The notes: generated by a model from the sequence alone, not told the origin. A stretch of 63,885 bases of DNA, filler included, from Octopus bimaculoides (GCF_001194135.2; 7 parts of 7 records of this genome joined end to end with filler, not necessarily neighbours in it); one strand, 5' to 3'. Shown: positions 11,588-24,285, counted from the whole stretch's first letter. A program made the numbers and translations.

Positions 11588-12644
11588 NNNNNNNNNNNNN
11601 NNNNNNNNNNNNNNNNNNNNNNNNNNNNNNNNNNNNNNNNNNNNNNNNNNNNNNNNNNNNNNNNNNNNNNNNNNNNNNNNNNNNNNNNNNNNNNNNNNNN
11701 NNNNNNNNNNNNNNNNNNNNNNNNNNNNNNNNNNNNNNNNNNNNNNNNNNNNNNNNNNNNNNNNNNNNNNNNNNNNNNNNNNNNNNNNNNNNNNNNNNNN
11801 NNNNNNNNNNNNNNNNNNNNNNNNNNNNNNNNNNNNNNNNNNNNNNNNNNNNNNNNNNNNNNNNNNNNNNNNNNNNNNNNNNNNNNNNNNNNNNNNNNNN
11901 NNNNNNNNNNNNNNNNNNNNNNNNNNNNNNNNNNNNNNNNNNNNNNNNNNNNNNNNNNNNNNNNNNNNNNNNNNNNNNNNNNNNNNNNNNNNNNNNNNNN
12001 NNNNNNNNNNNNNNNNNNNNNNNNNNNNNNNNNNNNNNNNNNNNNNNNNNNNNNNNNNNNNNNNNNNNNNNNNNNNNNNNNNNNNNNNNNNNNNNNNNNN
12101 NNNNNNNNNNNNNNNNNNNNNNNNNNNNNNNNNNNNNNNNNNNNNNNNNNNNNNNNNNNNNNNNNNNNNNNNNNNNNNNNNNNNNNNNNNNNNNNNNNNN
12201 NNNNNNNNNNNNNNNNNNNNNNNNNNNNNNNNNNNNNNNNNNNNNNNNNNNNNNNNNNNNNNNNNNNNNNNNNNNNNNNNNNNNNNNNNNNNNNNNNNNN
12301 NNNNNNNNNNNNNNNNNNNNNNNNNNNNNNNNNNNNNNNNNNNNNNNNNNNNNNNNNNNNNNNNNNNNNNNNNNNNNNNNNNNNNNNNNNNNNNNNNNNN
12401 NNNAAAACAAATACAATACTCATTTATTTTTATCAAAAACTTCATAAATTAAGAATAAAAGTATTATTATAGTCATGATAAATGTATTATTATGATTAAT
12501 ATCATAATAATACATCAAATATGAGGCTAACTAATTTAATGTACTAATAATTTTAATGAATTAAATATAACATTGATGTGATACATACTGTATACCTACT
12601 TTTGCACCACCCCTCACACACACACACACACACACACATACATT

Positions 12645-12676
<32 letters not shown>

Positions 12677-12679
12677 AAT

Positions 12680-12810
12680 ATATACGACGGGTTTCTTTCA
12701 GTTTACGTCTACCAAATCCACTCACAAGACTTGCCTAAGTTGCCACACAGTGGACTGAACCTCGAACTATGTGGTTGAGAAGCATATTTCTTACCTCAGA
12801 GCCACGCCTG
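12680..12810 (-). mobile_element. SINE family B head fragment (internal deletion)
   Basis: TTTCTTTCAGTTT.CGTCTACCAAATCCACTCACAAG...CCAC.CAGTGG.CTGAAC. Confidence 0.75.
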
Positions 12811-13785
12811 CATTTAGATGTGTGTTTGTGTGTGTGTGTGTGCGTGTGTGTGTGTGTAGGTAATGTAGAAATACTCATGTATACATACACTCATAATATA
12901 AACGTACAATCAGACGGATCAGCCGAAGGTTTTGTACATACACTCACACACTCATATATACCAAAGATTAAGAGAAAACTTTCAGCTGGTAGCAACTGCA
13001 CGGTAAATACCACCAGCCCAGAGATTAAGCGCAAATCTAGTATATGTTATATATTAAGTGCAAATCTAAATGTACTATACCTTATGAGATTCGTTAAAGA
13101 GCTACTCCAATGCTAAAACTAGTATAGGAGTAGCGACCCCCAGAATAAGTGAAAGAATCTACATAGTATCTACACTATATCAATATACCCAACTGAAACA
13201 GCAGATCTTTCAATGATATTGAAATAAAAGTTCTTTTCACACATCCAAAAGATGAAGCCTTACGATACATTGCAGAAGCTGAACGAATTTAGGAAATAGA
13301 TTTGGACCACACACACACACACACACACACACAATCATGATAAGTTGTTGGCAACAACAAAATCAAGCAAATAAATGAAATGAATACCATTTATACCAAA
13401 AGAGTCACACGACTTACCGTAGAAATCAGACATAAACATCATAACATACAATTAAAAACCAGTTGGAGAATGTAAACCTATCATGGTCGCAGAAGAAGTG
13501 GGATGAAGATTTCAAAGAATATAACCAAACAACAAGAAGTGAATCACCAAACAGTGAGTATGATATCGGCTTTAATACGACTCTGCAAGATGATTATAAA
13601 ATTGGATTCGACACACGGTCTCAGATCAATAATGTTTGAAAAACAAATTCAAAATTACATAATATGTCTGTGTTTGATACAGATGAACAGTGAACTTGAA
13701 GTAATGCAACGTGTATGTGTGTGCATGTATAACTGATGAGGTGTGAGTGAAATGATGAAGTCTAAGAGGGTATTTAGAGACACCG

Positions 13786-13824
<39 letters not shown>

Positions 13825-13924
13825 NNNNNNNNNNNNNNNNNNNNNNNNNNNNNNNNNNNNNNNNNNNNNNNNNNNNNNNNNNNNNNNNNNNNNNNNNNNN
13901 NNNNNNNNNNNNNNNNNNNNNNNN

Positions 13925-13958
<34 letters not shown>

Positions 13959-14540
13959 TGTATGAATACATGCATACACACACTCATACAGAGACCTTAC
14001 GATTATAGTACCATACTATTTCACTGTGCTCCTCATCGCCATCACAACCACGACGAACGTCGCCATCGTCGCGATCAGACCACCGCCACCATTACTAAAT
14101 AATCTCAACACTACTCGTGCAACAACAACAATAACTGCAGCTACAACACCAATGAGAACATCACCGCTACCACTTCATACAACTAAACAAACTATATTGC
14201 CTTGAGAGATCCAAAGAAAAACAACAGACTTTGCTGTGGTTCCCAAAGCTGGCATAAAAATCATTCCTTTTGATATGCTGTTGTAAGAAATGGCGAACGC
14301 AAATATGTCTGTGTTTATATACAATTTTACACACACAGACTTATAAGCGTTCCAAGCATACTTAGATATTTACATATCAAATTACCTGTACCCATATTAT
14401 ATGTATATATGAAGCACACAAGCACACACATATTTACATCCACACACATACACGCGCACACACATCGTACACTATCTAGTGATCTATTTATATCTCCCTA
14501 GATATCTGTGCAGTTATGTATCCACTTCTCTTTCACATTC

Positions 14541-14595
<55 letters not shown>

Positions 14596-14695
14596 TATGT
14601 ATGTATGTATCTATATATATATATTAACACACATACATTTATTCACACACACATATACATATGTATATACATGTATGTATCTATTTTCACCCCTC

Positions 14696-14729
<34 letters not shown>

Positions 14730-14894
14730 ATATATAAATCCATACATATACATATATATACATACATGCATACATGCATACATAATACATACATTTATAT
14801 ATATATATATATATAGTTGAAACTTACTTGCAAATGGACACGTGCGTTCGATGATATAATAATACAAATGATATATAAGCATACGCATGTATAC

Positions 14895-15200
14895 ATACAT
14901 ATATGTACATACCTACATCTACATGTATATATAGATGCATATCTGGGTACAGAACGTTAGAAAAATGAACGGGGACGTAAAAACAAAACAGACAATGTTT
15001 ACAGACAACAAAACGAACACATAGGAAAACAAACACACTTATGGAATTATTCCTTCATCAGCTACCTCTATTCCTAAACTAGGCGTTTCGAAGATAAGGC
15101 AGGCCGCACTCTTAGAATAGTTTCTTCCTGAGTAGTGGATTAACCCACTAAACAGAGGATTCCAAGGTAGCAAACACAAACCAAGACAAGAAAAATTAGA
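14895..15200. repeat. Interspersed repeat shared with 53440-53760, carrying a CUGANGA-hairpin motif on the minus strand
   Basis: Shared ATATATGTACATACCTACATCTA.ATGTATA.ATA.ATGCATAT.TGGGTACAG and CCTTC.TCAG segments. Confidence 0.7.
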
Positions 15201-15265
15201 CAGTGAAAACAACATTAAAAAGCTGTAGGGCCAAACGCGATGGGATATTGAATGCTGTGATATGA

Positions 15266-15365
15266 NNNNNNNNNNNNNNNNNNNNNNNNNNNNNNNNNNN
15301 NNNNNNNNNTTAATTAATTAANNNNNNNNNNNNNNNNNNNNNNNNNNNNNNNNNNNNNNNNNNNN
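15266..15365. other. Artificial 100-bp gap: N44-TTAATTAATTAA-N44 (same at 27236, 39267, 48622, 56552, 61229)
   Basis: Identical layout six times; the palindromic 12-mer has stops in all six frames. Confidence 0.95.
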
Positions 15366-16179
15366 ATATATATGCATGCATGTATATACGCTTGTATCAT
15401 TTTTTACTGTGACTCTTATTGCGTAGCTCAACTCCAAAAACATCAATACTTGTATAACGACATTATTAAAATATTTTCTGTTTATTTCAATATCGCAGAA
15501 AAAAATAAATATTTTTCCATTTCGATCAGCAGAACGGTAGTAACACGTTTAATATATTTCTTCTCGAAATTTCCTGAGATGATTGGATGTTGTCGAAGGT
15601 TAGTTATCGATTTTCTTTTTTTTTTCCCTTTTTTTTTTGTAAAATTAAACATTAACGTAGCTCCCTGTCGTTTGGCGAGCAGCCATTTTGATGAAGTGAG
15701 TTAAGATCGTTTAGTCATTCATAAATAAACCTCATTTTACATCCAGAAAGCATTGGATATTAAATATAAATATAAACACATTTATGTAATCGTTAATTTG
15801 CGCAATTGCAAAGTCTCTAGAGATATTAAATAAATGAATTCATACACGCATACACATTCACACGCGCACATATATGCATATGTATATATGTATATATATA
15901 TATTATATCCGAGTGTATGTATGTATAAGTTTATATATAAGTTTTGGGTGTATATCCTGATACGGAAAATTGTTAAGTTATATGTTTGTACGCTTTGTCA
16001 TAGTGCTTTACAAAGATGTAGACGCACACATACATACATATATGTGTACATATACATATGCGTCCATATACATATGTGTATATATATTCATATATATATT
16101 TATATATAATACACACACACACTCACACATATATATAGCAAGTAATTCTTGATACTTGAAGCAATTTCACAGATATTAG

Positions 16180-16300
16180 TTTCAAATTTTGGCACAAGGC
16201 CAGGAATTTCGAGGGAGATGCTAAGTCGAGTACCTAAGTCGAGTACCAGCTGAGCACTGGTGCTCAGCTGGTACTTATTCTATCGCCACCCCCGCCACAA
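16180..16300 (-). mobile_element. SINE family A 3' fragment with a local fold-back rearrangement
   Basis: TTTCAAATTTTGGCACAAGGCCAG.AATTTCG.GGGAG matches 1204-1245. Confidence 0.75.
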
Positions 16301-16757
16301 GCATGAATAGCAAAGTCAACGTACTCCAGCAATTCCACAGACACTGGATATCAGAAAACTGAGAAGTGGGGAGGTCTATGTATATGTATGTATCTCTCAC
16401 ACTATGTGTATGTATGTATGTATGTATGTATGTATGTATGTATGTATGTATATATGTATATATANNNNNNNNNNNNNNNNNNNNNNNNNNNNNNNNNNNN
16501 NNNNNNNNNNNNNNNNNNNNNNNNNNNNNNNNNNNNNNNNNNNNNNNNNNNNNNNNNNNNNNNNNNNNNNNNNNNNNNNNNNNNNNNNNNNNNNNNNNNN
16601 NNNNNNNNNNNNNNNNNNNNNNNNNNNNNNNNNNNNNNNNNNNNNNNNNNNNNNNNNNNNNNNNNNNNNNNNNNNATTTATAGAAAAACAAATGACGAAG
16701 ACAGGTGTATGAACAACAAGCAAGTGTATTAGTTTGACGCTCGGGAAAATGAAGAAG

Positions 16758-16795
16758 TGTTTTATGTTTCGAGCCTAAGCTCTTCAACAGAAAGG
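16758..16795 (-). ncRNA. Degenerate minimal hammerhead (family shared with 53891-53929 and 54302-54337)
   Basis: Minus strand CCTTT-CTGTTGA-A-GAGC(TTAG)GCTC-GAAAC-ATA-AAAC. Confidence 0.6.
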
Positions 16796-17321
16796 AACGA
16801 GAAAATAAACAGAAAGAGAATGTAAAAAACTAGAAGATTTAACGGTCAAGCATGGTGAATGATTAGAAAAAGATGTTTGAAAGAAAAGGAGATAATGATA
16901 GAGGTTGAAGGGAAGGGAGTTAATAAAGTGCTGGTGATCCCAAATGAAAGTGCGTGTGTGAGAAAATGGTGAGTGTGAGTGTGTGAATAGGGACTAGTGA
17001 CTCTGACATGTTTGAGTGTGTGCATGTGCTAGTGTGGCGTCTGTAACGTGTATTTGTGTGTTGCAGTTGAGCTGTGCTTGCTCACGTGGTGTGTGTCTGT
17101 GACCAAACACTTGTATGGTGTATATATGTGAGTGAAAGTTATCTTTGTCTATGTATGTAGCATGTGTTAGTACGTGTTGCGTATGTATGTATGTATATCT
17201 AGCCTGTGTTGAGGTATTGTGTCTGTGTGTGTGTTGGAGTATGTATTATCTGTGTTATATATATATAAGTAGGTCTAATTCAGCGGTTTCTCTGTAGATT
17301 GAAGAATTCTACATTATGAAC

Positions 17322-17366
17322 AACCTTAATCGATTTTTGAATCGTATTGGATTCTCATCAGAGGTT
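17322..17366 (-). ncRNA. Minimal type-I hammerhead, single core change (G12 to A)
   Basis: Minus strand AACCT-CTGATGA-GAATC(CAATAC)GATTC-AAAA-ATCGAT-TA-AGGTT; 5-bp helices I and II, palindromic helix III AATCGATT. Confidence 0.75.
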
Positions 17367-17712
17367 TTTTGCATCAATTTGACCAATTCCGGAGAAATAA
17401 GACATCAATCATTCTATATACTCGACAATTATAGTAGCCATAATAGACTGGAGATGCTAATTTGCATAGCATTAGTGTTAACGCTTTATTTTAAAACCTA
17501 TAGCTTCAAATATTGTTTTTTCTTATGTAGTCATTTTTTTTCTCTCCTTCATTTCATTTGTGGGATTATTTTTCTTGCTTGCTTGACAGGTACAAATCAT
17601 TCCATGACCTTTTACTGCCTATCGCTCGAAATATGACAATGATGTATGTGTGTATATATATCCATCCATCCATCCATCCACCAATCCATCCAACCGTCCG
17701 TCCGTTCGTCCG

Positions 17713-17784
<72 letters not shown>

Positions 17785-17948
17785 ATTTCTTTATTGCCCA
17801 CAAGGGGCTAAACACAGAGGAGACAAGCAAAGGGGTTAAGTCGATTACATCGACTCCAGTGCGTAACTGGTACTTAATTTATCGACCCCGAAGGATGAAA
17901 GGCAAAGTCGACCTCGGTGGAATTTGAACTCGGAACGTAACGGCAGAC
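17785..17948 (-). mobile_element. SINE family A variant, truncated by a gap
   Basis: ATCGACCCCGAAGGATGAAAGGCAAAGTCGACCTCGG.GGAATTTGAACTC (B-box GAGTTCAAATTCC on minus). Confidence 0.85.
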
Positions 17949-18553
17949 NNNNNNNNNNNNNNNNNNNNNNNNNNNNNNNNNNNNNNNNNNNNNNNNNNNN
18001 NNNNNNNNNNNNNNNNNNNNNNNNNNNNNNNNNNNNNNNNNNNNNNNNNNNNNNNNNNNNNNNNNNNNNNNNNNNNNNNNNNNNNNNNNNNNNNNNNNNN
18101 NNNNNNNNNNNNNNNNNNNNNNNNNNNNNNNNNNNNNNNNNNNNNNNNNNNNNNNNNNNNNNNNNNNNNNNNNNNNNNNNNNNNNNNNNNNNNNNNNNNN
18201 NNNNNNNNNNNNNNNNNNNNNNNNNNNNNNNNNNNNNNNNNNNNNNNNNNNNNNNNNNNNNNNNNNNNNNNNNNNNNNNNNNNNNNNNNNNNNNNNNNNN
18301 NNNNNNNNNNNNNNNNNNNNNNNNNNNNNNNNNNNNNNNNNNNNNNNNNNNNNNNNNNNNNNNNNNNNNNNNNNNNNNNNNNNNNNNNNNNNNNNNNNNN
18401 NNNNNNNNNNNNNNNNNNNNNNNNNNNNNNNNNNNNNCTAACGAGAACAAACAACCATTTTGTTTTCGTTGCTTCTCTGAAATTCTTTTCCTGAACAAGC
18501 ACGACACGCAACGACACCGAAGCATGACGCATGCGTAAAGAAAATATTTGCAA

Positions 18554-18622
<69 letters not shown>

Positions 18623-19036
18623 TGCCGTCGTAAATAAACACACATGCACATACAAACACACAAACACTGTACACATGTTTGCAGAAAAGATCCGGAAAAT
18701 GTAATAAAAAACATCAGTTGTATTTTGGTTTGTGACTCTGTGGAAATAAAATTCAAACAGGCGATCAAACAAATCATTATCGATAATCACCGTATTGCAG
18801 ATAATTAAACAGAATCTATGTTATTATCAGTTGTAATGCTGTTGTATTTCTCAGTAGAGCTGGTTGTGATTTTGGTTTAAATTTTAAAAAATTTATCGAT
18901 GAAATTTTTATCCAGAATTCCTCAGTAATTCCACTCATGGAGATGAATATCTGCTGGAATTTTCCAGTTTAGCTTTGATTATCCCCGGTTATTACATTAC
19001 ATTAGTGTACCCCTCTTCTCCTCTCCATCCTTCATC

Positions 19037-19087
<51 letters not shown>

Positions 19088-19629
19088 ATATATATATATG
19101 TGTGTATATACACATATATATACACATATATATGTATATATATACATAGATGTATGTATGTATTTATGTATGTATTTATGTATGTATGTATGTATGTATG
19201 TGTGTATGTATGTATGTATTTATGTATGTATGTATGTATGTGTATGTATGTATGTATTTATGTATGTATGTATAGGCATGTTTAAATATACACCCGCACC
19301 CTAATCCTTATGCATTCTTTTATCCTTTAACTTGTTGGATTGGTTGAAACGAGAAAGCAGGTATGCCAGGGGTTGGCATTGATGAATTCACACGATCAAA
19401 TCGTCACTGGTACTTATTTTTACTTTTAGTTACCTTTCGAACATCTACTAAGATTACAGGGACGTAAATAAGCCAACACCGCTTCTGTTAGTCGGTTAGA
19501 GGTAAACAGAATCACGAAGACGCACACACACACACATATATATATATATACATGACGGACTTCCGTACAGTTTTCATCTACGAAATACAACTAAAGTCAT
19601 TGTTCGGACAGGGATGTTACAGAAAGTAG

Positions 19630-20091
19630 GTGTGTATGTGTGTATGTATATGTATATATACGACAGCTAACACCACCTGTCTCAATACCACAACTACTAC
19701 CACCCGCTACAAAGATTTCCACCAGTATTTATACCAATATTACTACCAACTTGAACACCACAACAAACATTATCTGTGCCAAAACCACAACTGCCACCAC
19801 CACCACCACCAGTAGTAGTAGTAGAAGTAGGACGACCATCACCACCATAACTGCTGCCACCACCACCATCTTTCTCATAAACAACAATAGGAACACGACT
19901 ACCACGTCGAACACCGCCACAGCAAACACCATCTTTGCCAATATCAACACGGTCGTCTTAACAGTAACCATCACTATTACTACCAAGAGCAACAGCAATA
20001 CCTACACCACTACCACCGAAGCACCACCACAGCAAATACCATCCACAGGAATGCCACCACCAGCACCAGCACCACCACCACCACCAGCACC

Positions 20092-20122
<31 letters not shown>

Positions 20123-20260
20123 GTAACAGCAACAGCAACAGTGCTAATACAACTGCCACCTTTGAACTCCTCAACAAACCTTAGCTGCACCAATACCACC
20201 ACCACCACCACCACCACAACCACCATCTCCACCATTAACAACAACAACAACGCCTATAAC
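19630..20260. repeat. Low-complexity (ACC/ACA/CAT)n trinucleotide field
   Basis: Degenerate triplet repeats that generate the Thr/Pro-rich and Val/Gly-rich ORFs. Confidence 0.85.
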
Positions 20261-20979
20261 CCATCCACCGTGTTTCGTATAGCTATGGATCCCCTTCCCC
20301 CTTACTGCCATGTCTTAAATCCGCCATGTTGCATATGTTCACCATGTCTCATATCCGCCATGTTCTTCCTAAGCTGTTCATAATAAGCAACAAACAGTTT
20401 TTTTCCTTCCTTTCTATGACGTTTATGGAAATTTACTGCAGTTTATCCTCTCCATATTTTTTCTTGGCGATTCAGGAAACTTTGGCTCTTCCAGCATTTC
20501 TTCTCGAAGATAATAAAAATGACGACACCACCACCACCACCACTAACAACAACAACAACAACACTACAGTCACCATCTTTATTTCTTCAGTTTATTCCAG
20601 CCATTACAGACACGGTCACACTGGAGCAAACCTTTATGTAAAAAACCGGATTCTTTATTGTATTTAACTATAAACTTTGCCAGCAAATGTCGTTTGTAAA
20701 TTGCTTTTATTCATTATCAGTACGACCTCATTAATTCAATCACCTTCCGGTTTATTCTATCTCTGTCGTACTTTATTACAGACTCAACTGACGTATCAAT
20801 GGACATGACTCAGTTCTCAATATTCTTATACATTTTTTTCTTCTTCCCCCTTCATTAGACAAAGCTATCTCGCCTGTATAATATTTCTTGTCTTTATTTT
20901 TTCCCTTTCATTTTATGACGTTGTATTCAGGCTTTCTCAAAAAGTCTCACATTATCATTATTATTATTATTATTATTAT

Positions 20980-21011
<32 letters not shown>

Positions 21012-21361
21012 ATAGTATTTGTATTAGTAGTATTATTAGTAGTCGTAGTAGTAGTAGCAGCCACAGCAGCAATGGTTATGTAATCTTTATTATTAATGCG
21101 ATATAAATGTTGAATATTCAACATGTAACAAGAGCAATGAATTCATGTAAGAAAAAGAGTGAAAAAGAAAGAAAATTTGACGTATCGTTTTCTTCAAAAT
21201 TCTTTTTAAGTTTGCAAAATCTTGTTTTGCAAAAGGATTAAAAAAAAAAAGACATGCTGGATACTGCAAAAATATTCAAAGAAGAACATGAGAGCCTTTT
21301 GCACTATTCGAACCCCTATCAAGACCTCCCCTTGCTTCCAATTAATAATATGTTGCTTCTA

Positions 21362-21574
21362 CGGCGGCGAACTGGCAGAGACGTTAGCACGCCGGGCGAA
21401 ATGCTTAGAGGTATTGCGTCTGTCTTTACGTTCTGAGTTCAAATTCCGCCGAGGTCGGCTTTGCCTTTCATCCTTTCGGGGTCGATAAATTAAATACCAG
21501 TTGCGTACTGGGGTCGATCTAATCGACTGGCCCCCTCCCCCAAAATTTCGGGCCTTGTGCCTAGAGTAAAAAAG
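21362..21574 (+). mobile_element. Full-length tRNA-derived SINE family A with 18-bp TSD
   Basis: A-box-like GGCGAACTGGCAG, B-box GAGTTCAAATTCC; TSD AATAATATGTTGCTTCTA (21344-21361) / AATAATATATTGCTTCTA (21575-21592). Confidence 0.9.
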
Positions 21575-21688
21575 AATAATATATTGCTTCTATCTGAGCC
21601 TTAGTTCCAGTTTGAGATTCACAGAAAGAATAAATAAATAAATAATAGAAGTATTTGGGAAGAAGACGAGATTCTAAAGCTGCTAAAG

Positions 21689-21901
21689 TTCTTTTCTAGT
21701 ATAAGGGCAAGGACTGAAATTTTGGGGAGGGGTCTTGTCGATTACATTGACACCAGTGCTCAACTATTGCTTGTTTAGTTGACTCCGAAAGGGTGAAAGG
21801 TATAGTCAAGTTCGGATGAATTTGAATTCTGATCGTAAATCCGGAAGAAATACCGCTGAGCATTTTGTCCTGCGTGCTAATGATTCTGCCGACGCACTGC
21901 C
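21689..21901 (-). mobile_element. SINE family A (older copy), tail-to-tail with the previous one
   Basis: Reverse complement aligns along its length to 21362-21574. Confidence 0.82.
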
Positions 21902-21949
21902 TTTGTACTCCTGGTAATGATGGTATCCTACGTGAATTACAAATTAACC

Positions 21950-22265
21950 GGCATTCCATCGGTTATAACGACGAGGGTTCCAGTTGATCCGATCATCAGA
22001 ACAGCCTACGCGTGAAATTAACGTACTGAGCTTTCCACAGACACGCGTACCCTTAACGTAGTTCTCAGGGAGATTCAGCGTGACACAGAATGTGGCTAGA
22101 CTGGGTTTTTTGAATTACGAATACAATTAATTTTTTGCCAGCTGAGTGAACTGGAACATCGTGAAATAAAGTGCCTTGCTGAAAGACACAACGCGTCACC
22201 GGAAGTCGAACTCACAATCTTACGATCGTGAGCCGAATATCCTTAACCATTGTGACACGCACCCT
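21950..22265 (-). mobile_element. tRNA-headed SINE family C variant
   Basis: GGGTTCCAGTTGATCCGATCA...CGTGAAATTAACGT...CCTTAACGTAGTTCTC shared with 32290-32706 and 47003-47391. Confidence 0.82.
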
Positions 22266-22299
22266 CACCACATGAATTACAAATAAGGCCATGTAATAA

Positions 22300-22316
22300 C
22301 AATATTATTACTATTA

Positions 22317-22371
<55 letters not shown>

Positions 22372-22376
22372 TATCA

Positions 22377-22432
<56 letters not shown>

Positions 22433-22520
22433 GCTGTTGTTATTAGAAGCAACAGCTGCTGTGCTAGTAATAATTTTAGTAGTAGCACATAGTGGGAGTA
22501 ATATACAATACTAAAATTTT

Positions 22521-22572
<52 letters not shown>
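22300..22572. repeat. (ATT)n and (CTA)n microsatellites
   Basis: Direct reading. Confidence 0.95.
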
Positions 22573-22573
<1 letters not shown>

Positions 22574-22872
22574 GATGGCCGTCTTTGATGTTAAACGATT
22601 TTCAAAGTTAAAATTGTGTTACAAGTAATTTTGTTTTGAAAATTGAAAAAATGTTTAAGTTAATAACAATAAAGTATTGATTTCAGACACTGGAACAATG
22701 AAACATGTTTGGGTTTGACGCGGTTGAATAATGGAATCTATTCCTCAAAGGGTACTTTACGAGTGTTTGACTGATTGCATTGATTCTAGTGTATAACGGC
22801 TACTTTTCGGTGTGACATCGTTGTTGATGACGATGATGATGTTGCTGTTAATAATTATAATGATAATAATGA

Positions 22873-22978
22873 TGGCTTCAGACTTTGGTACAAGAGGATG
22901 AATCGATTACATCGACCCTATTGATCAACTGGTACTTATTTTATCGACCCCGAAAGGATGAAAGGCAAAGTCGGCTGG
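22873..22978 (-). mobile_element. SINE family A central fragment
   Basis: GGTACTTATTTTATCGACCCCGAAAGGATGAAAGGCAAAGTCG. Confidence 0.8.
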
Positions 22979-23523
22979 GCTACTCGACCTGAAAAAAATT
23001 CTAACTGGGCCCCACCTGCAAGGTCATGTGTTGTTTATTTTGGTATGAGGTCACCACGTCGTGCACATATGTTTGTGATGTATATGCTTGCGGCACCTTG
23101 ATCAGACGGGTAGTCATGATGGATATATTGGAATTTATTTATTTGTTCTCCAGTCTCACTTTCGTGGCATAACGCTAGATAAAGAAACAGAAACAAAAGA
23201 ATCACAATAAGTACTTAAGAATCAACGAATTAAACAGTTGAACACGTACACATGAAAGGATTTATGAAAGAATATTACAGAAGCATTAGATAAGTACTTA
23301 AAACTGAGCTAAATGAAAAACAGCCATCAGTATTTTAGCTGTAACAGTAATAAGTAATAATTATAAAATTCTCAGCTAAACGCTTAATCGAACTAGTAAG
23401 ACTCGAAATATAAAGTAAAATAATGAGTGAATAGAGAATAATCTAAAATGTGACATACAAATAATATCAATGATAACAAATACACGGAAACTGGCGCCTT
23501 ACACAACTAGAAGACTATTATCG

Positions 23524-23558
23524 CTGACGATGTGAAATAACGCAGAAACGCACGCGTC
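23524..23558 (+). ncRNA. Hammerhead-like core lacking a clear helix I
   Basis: CTGACGA-TGT(GAAATAAC)GCA-GAA-ACGC(AC)GCGT-C; core and helices II/III present, helix I not found. Confidence 0.45.
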
Positions 23559-23879
23559 TCACAGCCAGTGACGTCATTAATAACTCAATGGTGCGTTTTC
23601 ACATATTGTGTGTGTTTTATCTCGAGACAATTTCTGCATTGCATGACTTGCTGTGTCTGAGTGTACACGTTAAATATGATTGTATAAGCCCATGTTTTTG
23701 CTGTAGAACAGCAAAAATATTAAGAAAATGATAATAGGAAACTAATACAAGCATCTACAAAATATGAACAAAACGAAACTTCTTTGTTGTGTTTTCAGAG
23801 AAAATATAAAACAGCGGTTGAAGTGACAGGGACTTAGGAGAAGAAAAATAAAATAACGACAGAAATTGGAAAATAGCAA

Positions 23880-24285
23880 AAAATAGGCCCGTAGAATTCC
23901 TTGACAAATCAATGGTCAAAGCGAATGAATGGAAATGGACAAAGAAAAGTTACAACACTGTTGAAGACCGAAGGAGTCTAGATGGTAGCACAGGATGAAC
24001 ATCTTCTCATCAGATACCAAATGTATGTAAAGGAGTAGAACAGAGTCACTGCAGAATGTGTGGAGATGGAGAAAAAACAATTAACCATATTTTCTCTGGT
24101 TGTCCAGTCTTAACCAAGAAAGAATATATTCATACACATGAGAGAATTGAGCCTTACAATGAAAATTATGGCAGCATAATCGAAGTATCAGTGCCATCAG
24201 ACAATACGGTATCTCTCAGAGAAATGGAGAAATTATCCACATTTATAAATCTGGAAATAAAGATAACCAAAATGTGGGTGTATTA
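23880..24285 (+). mobile_element. RLE-type non-LTR retrotransposon (R4/NeSL-like) C-terminal relic
   Basis: KTEGV*MVAQDE; CCHC knuckle CRMCGDGEKTINHIFSGC; endonuclease-like IIEVSVPSDNTVSLREMEKLSTFINLEIKITKMW. Confidence 0.75.

Noticed and set aside
13733-13755. CTGATGA-GGTGTGAGT-GAAA
   Set aside because: No pairing for helix II, I or III.
19640-20383. 247-aa Thr/Pro-rich ORF (formin/mucin-like look)
   Set aside because: Built from degenerate ACC/ACA/CCA triplet repeats; no domain and no splice context.
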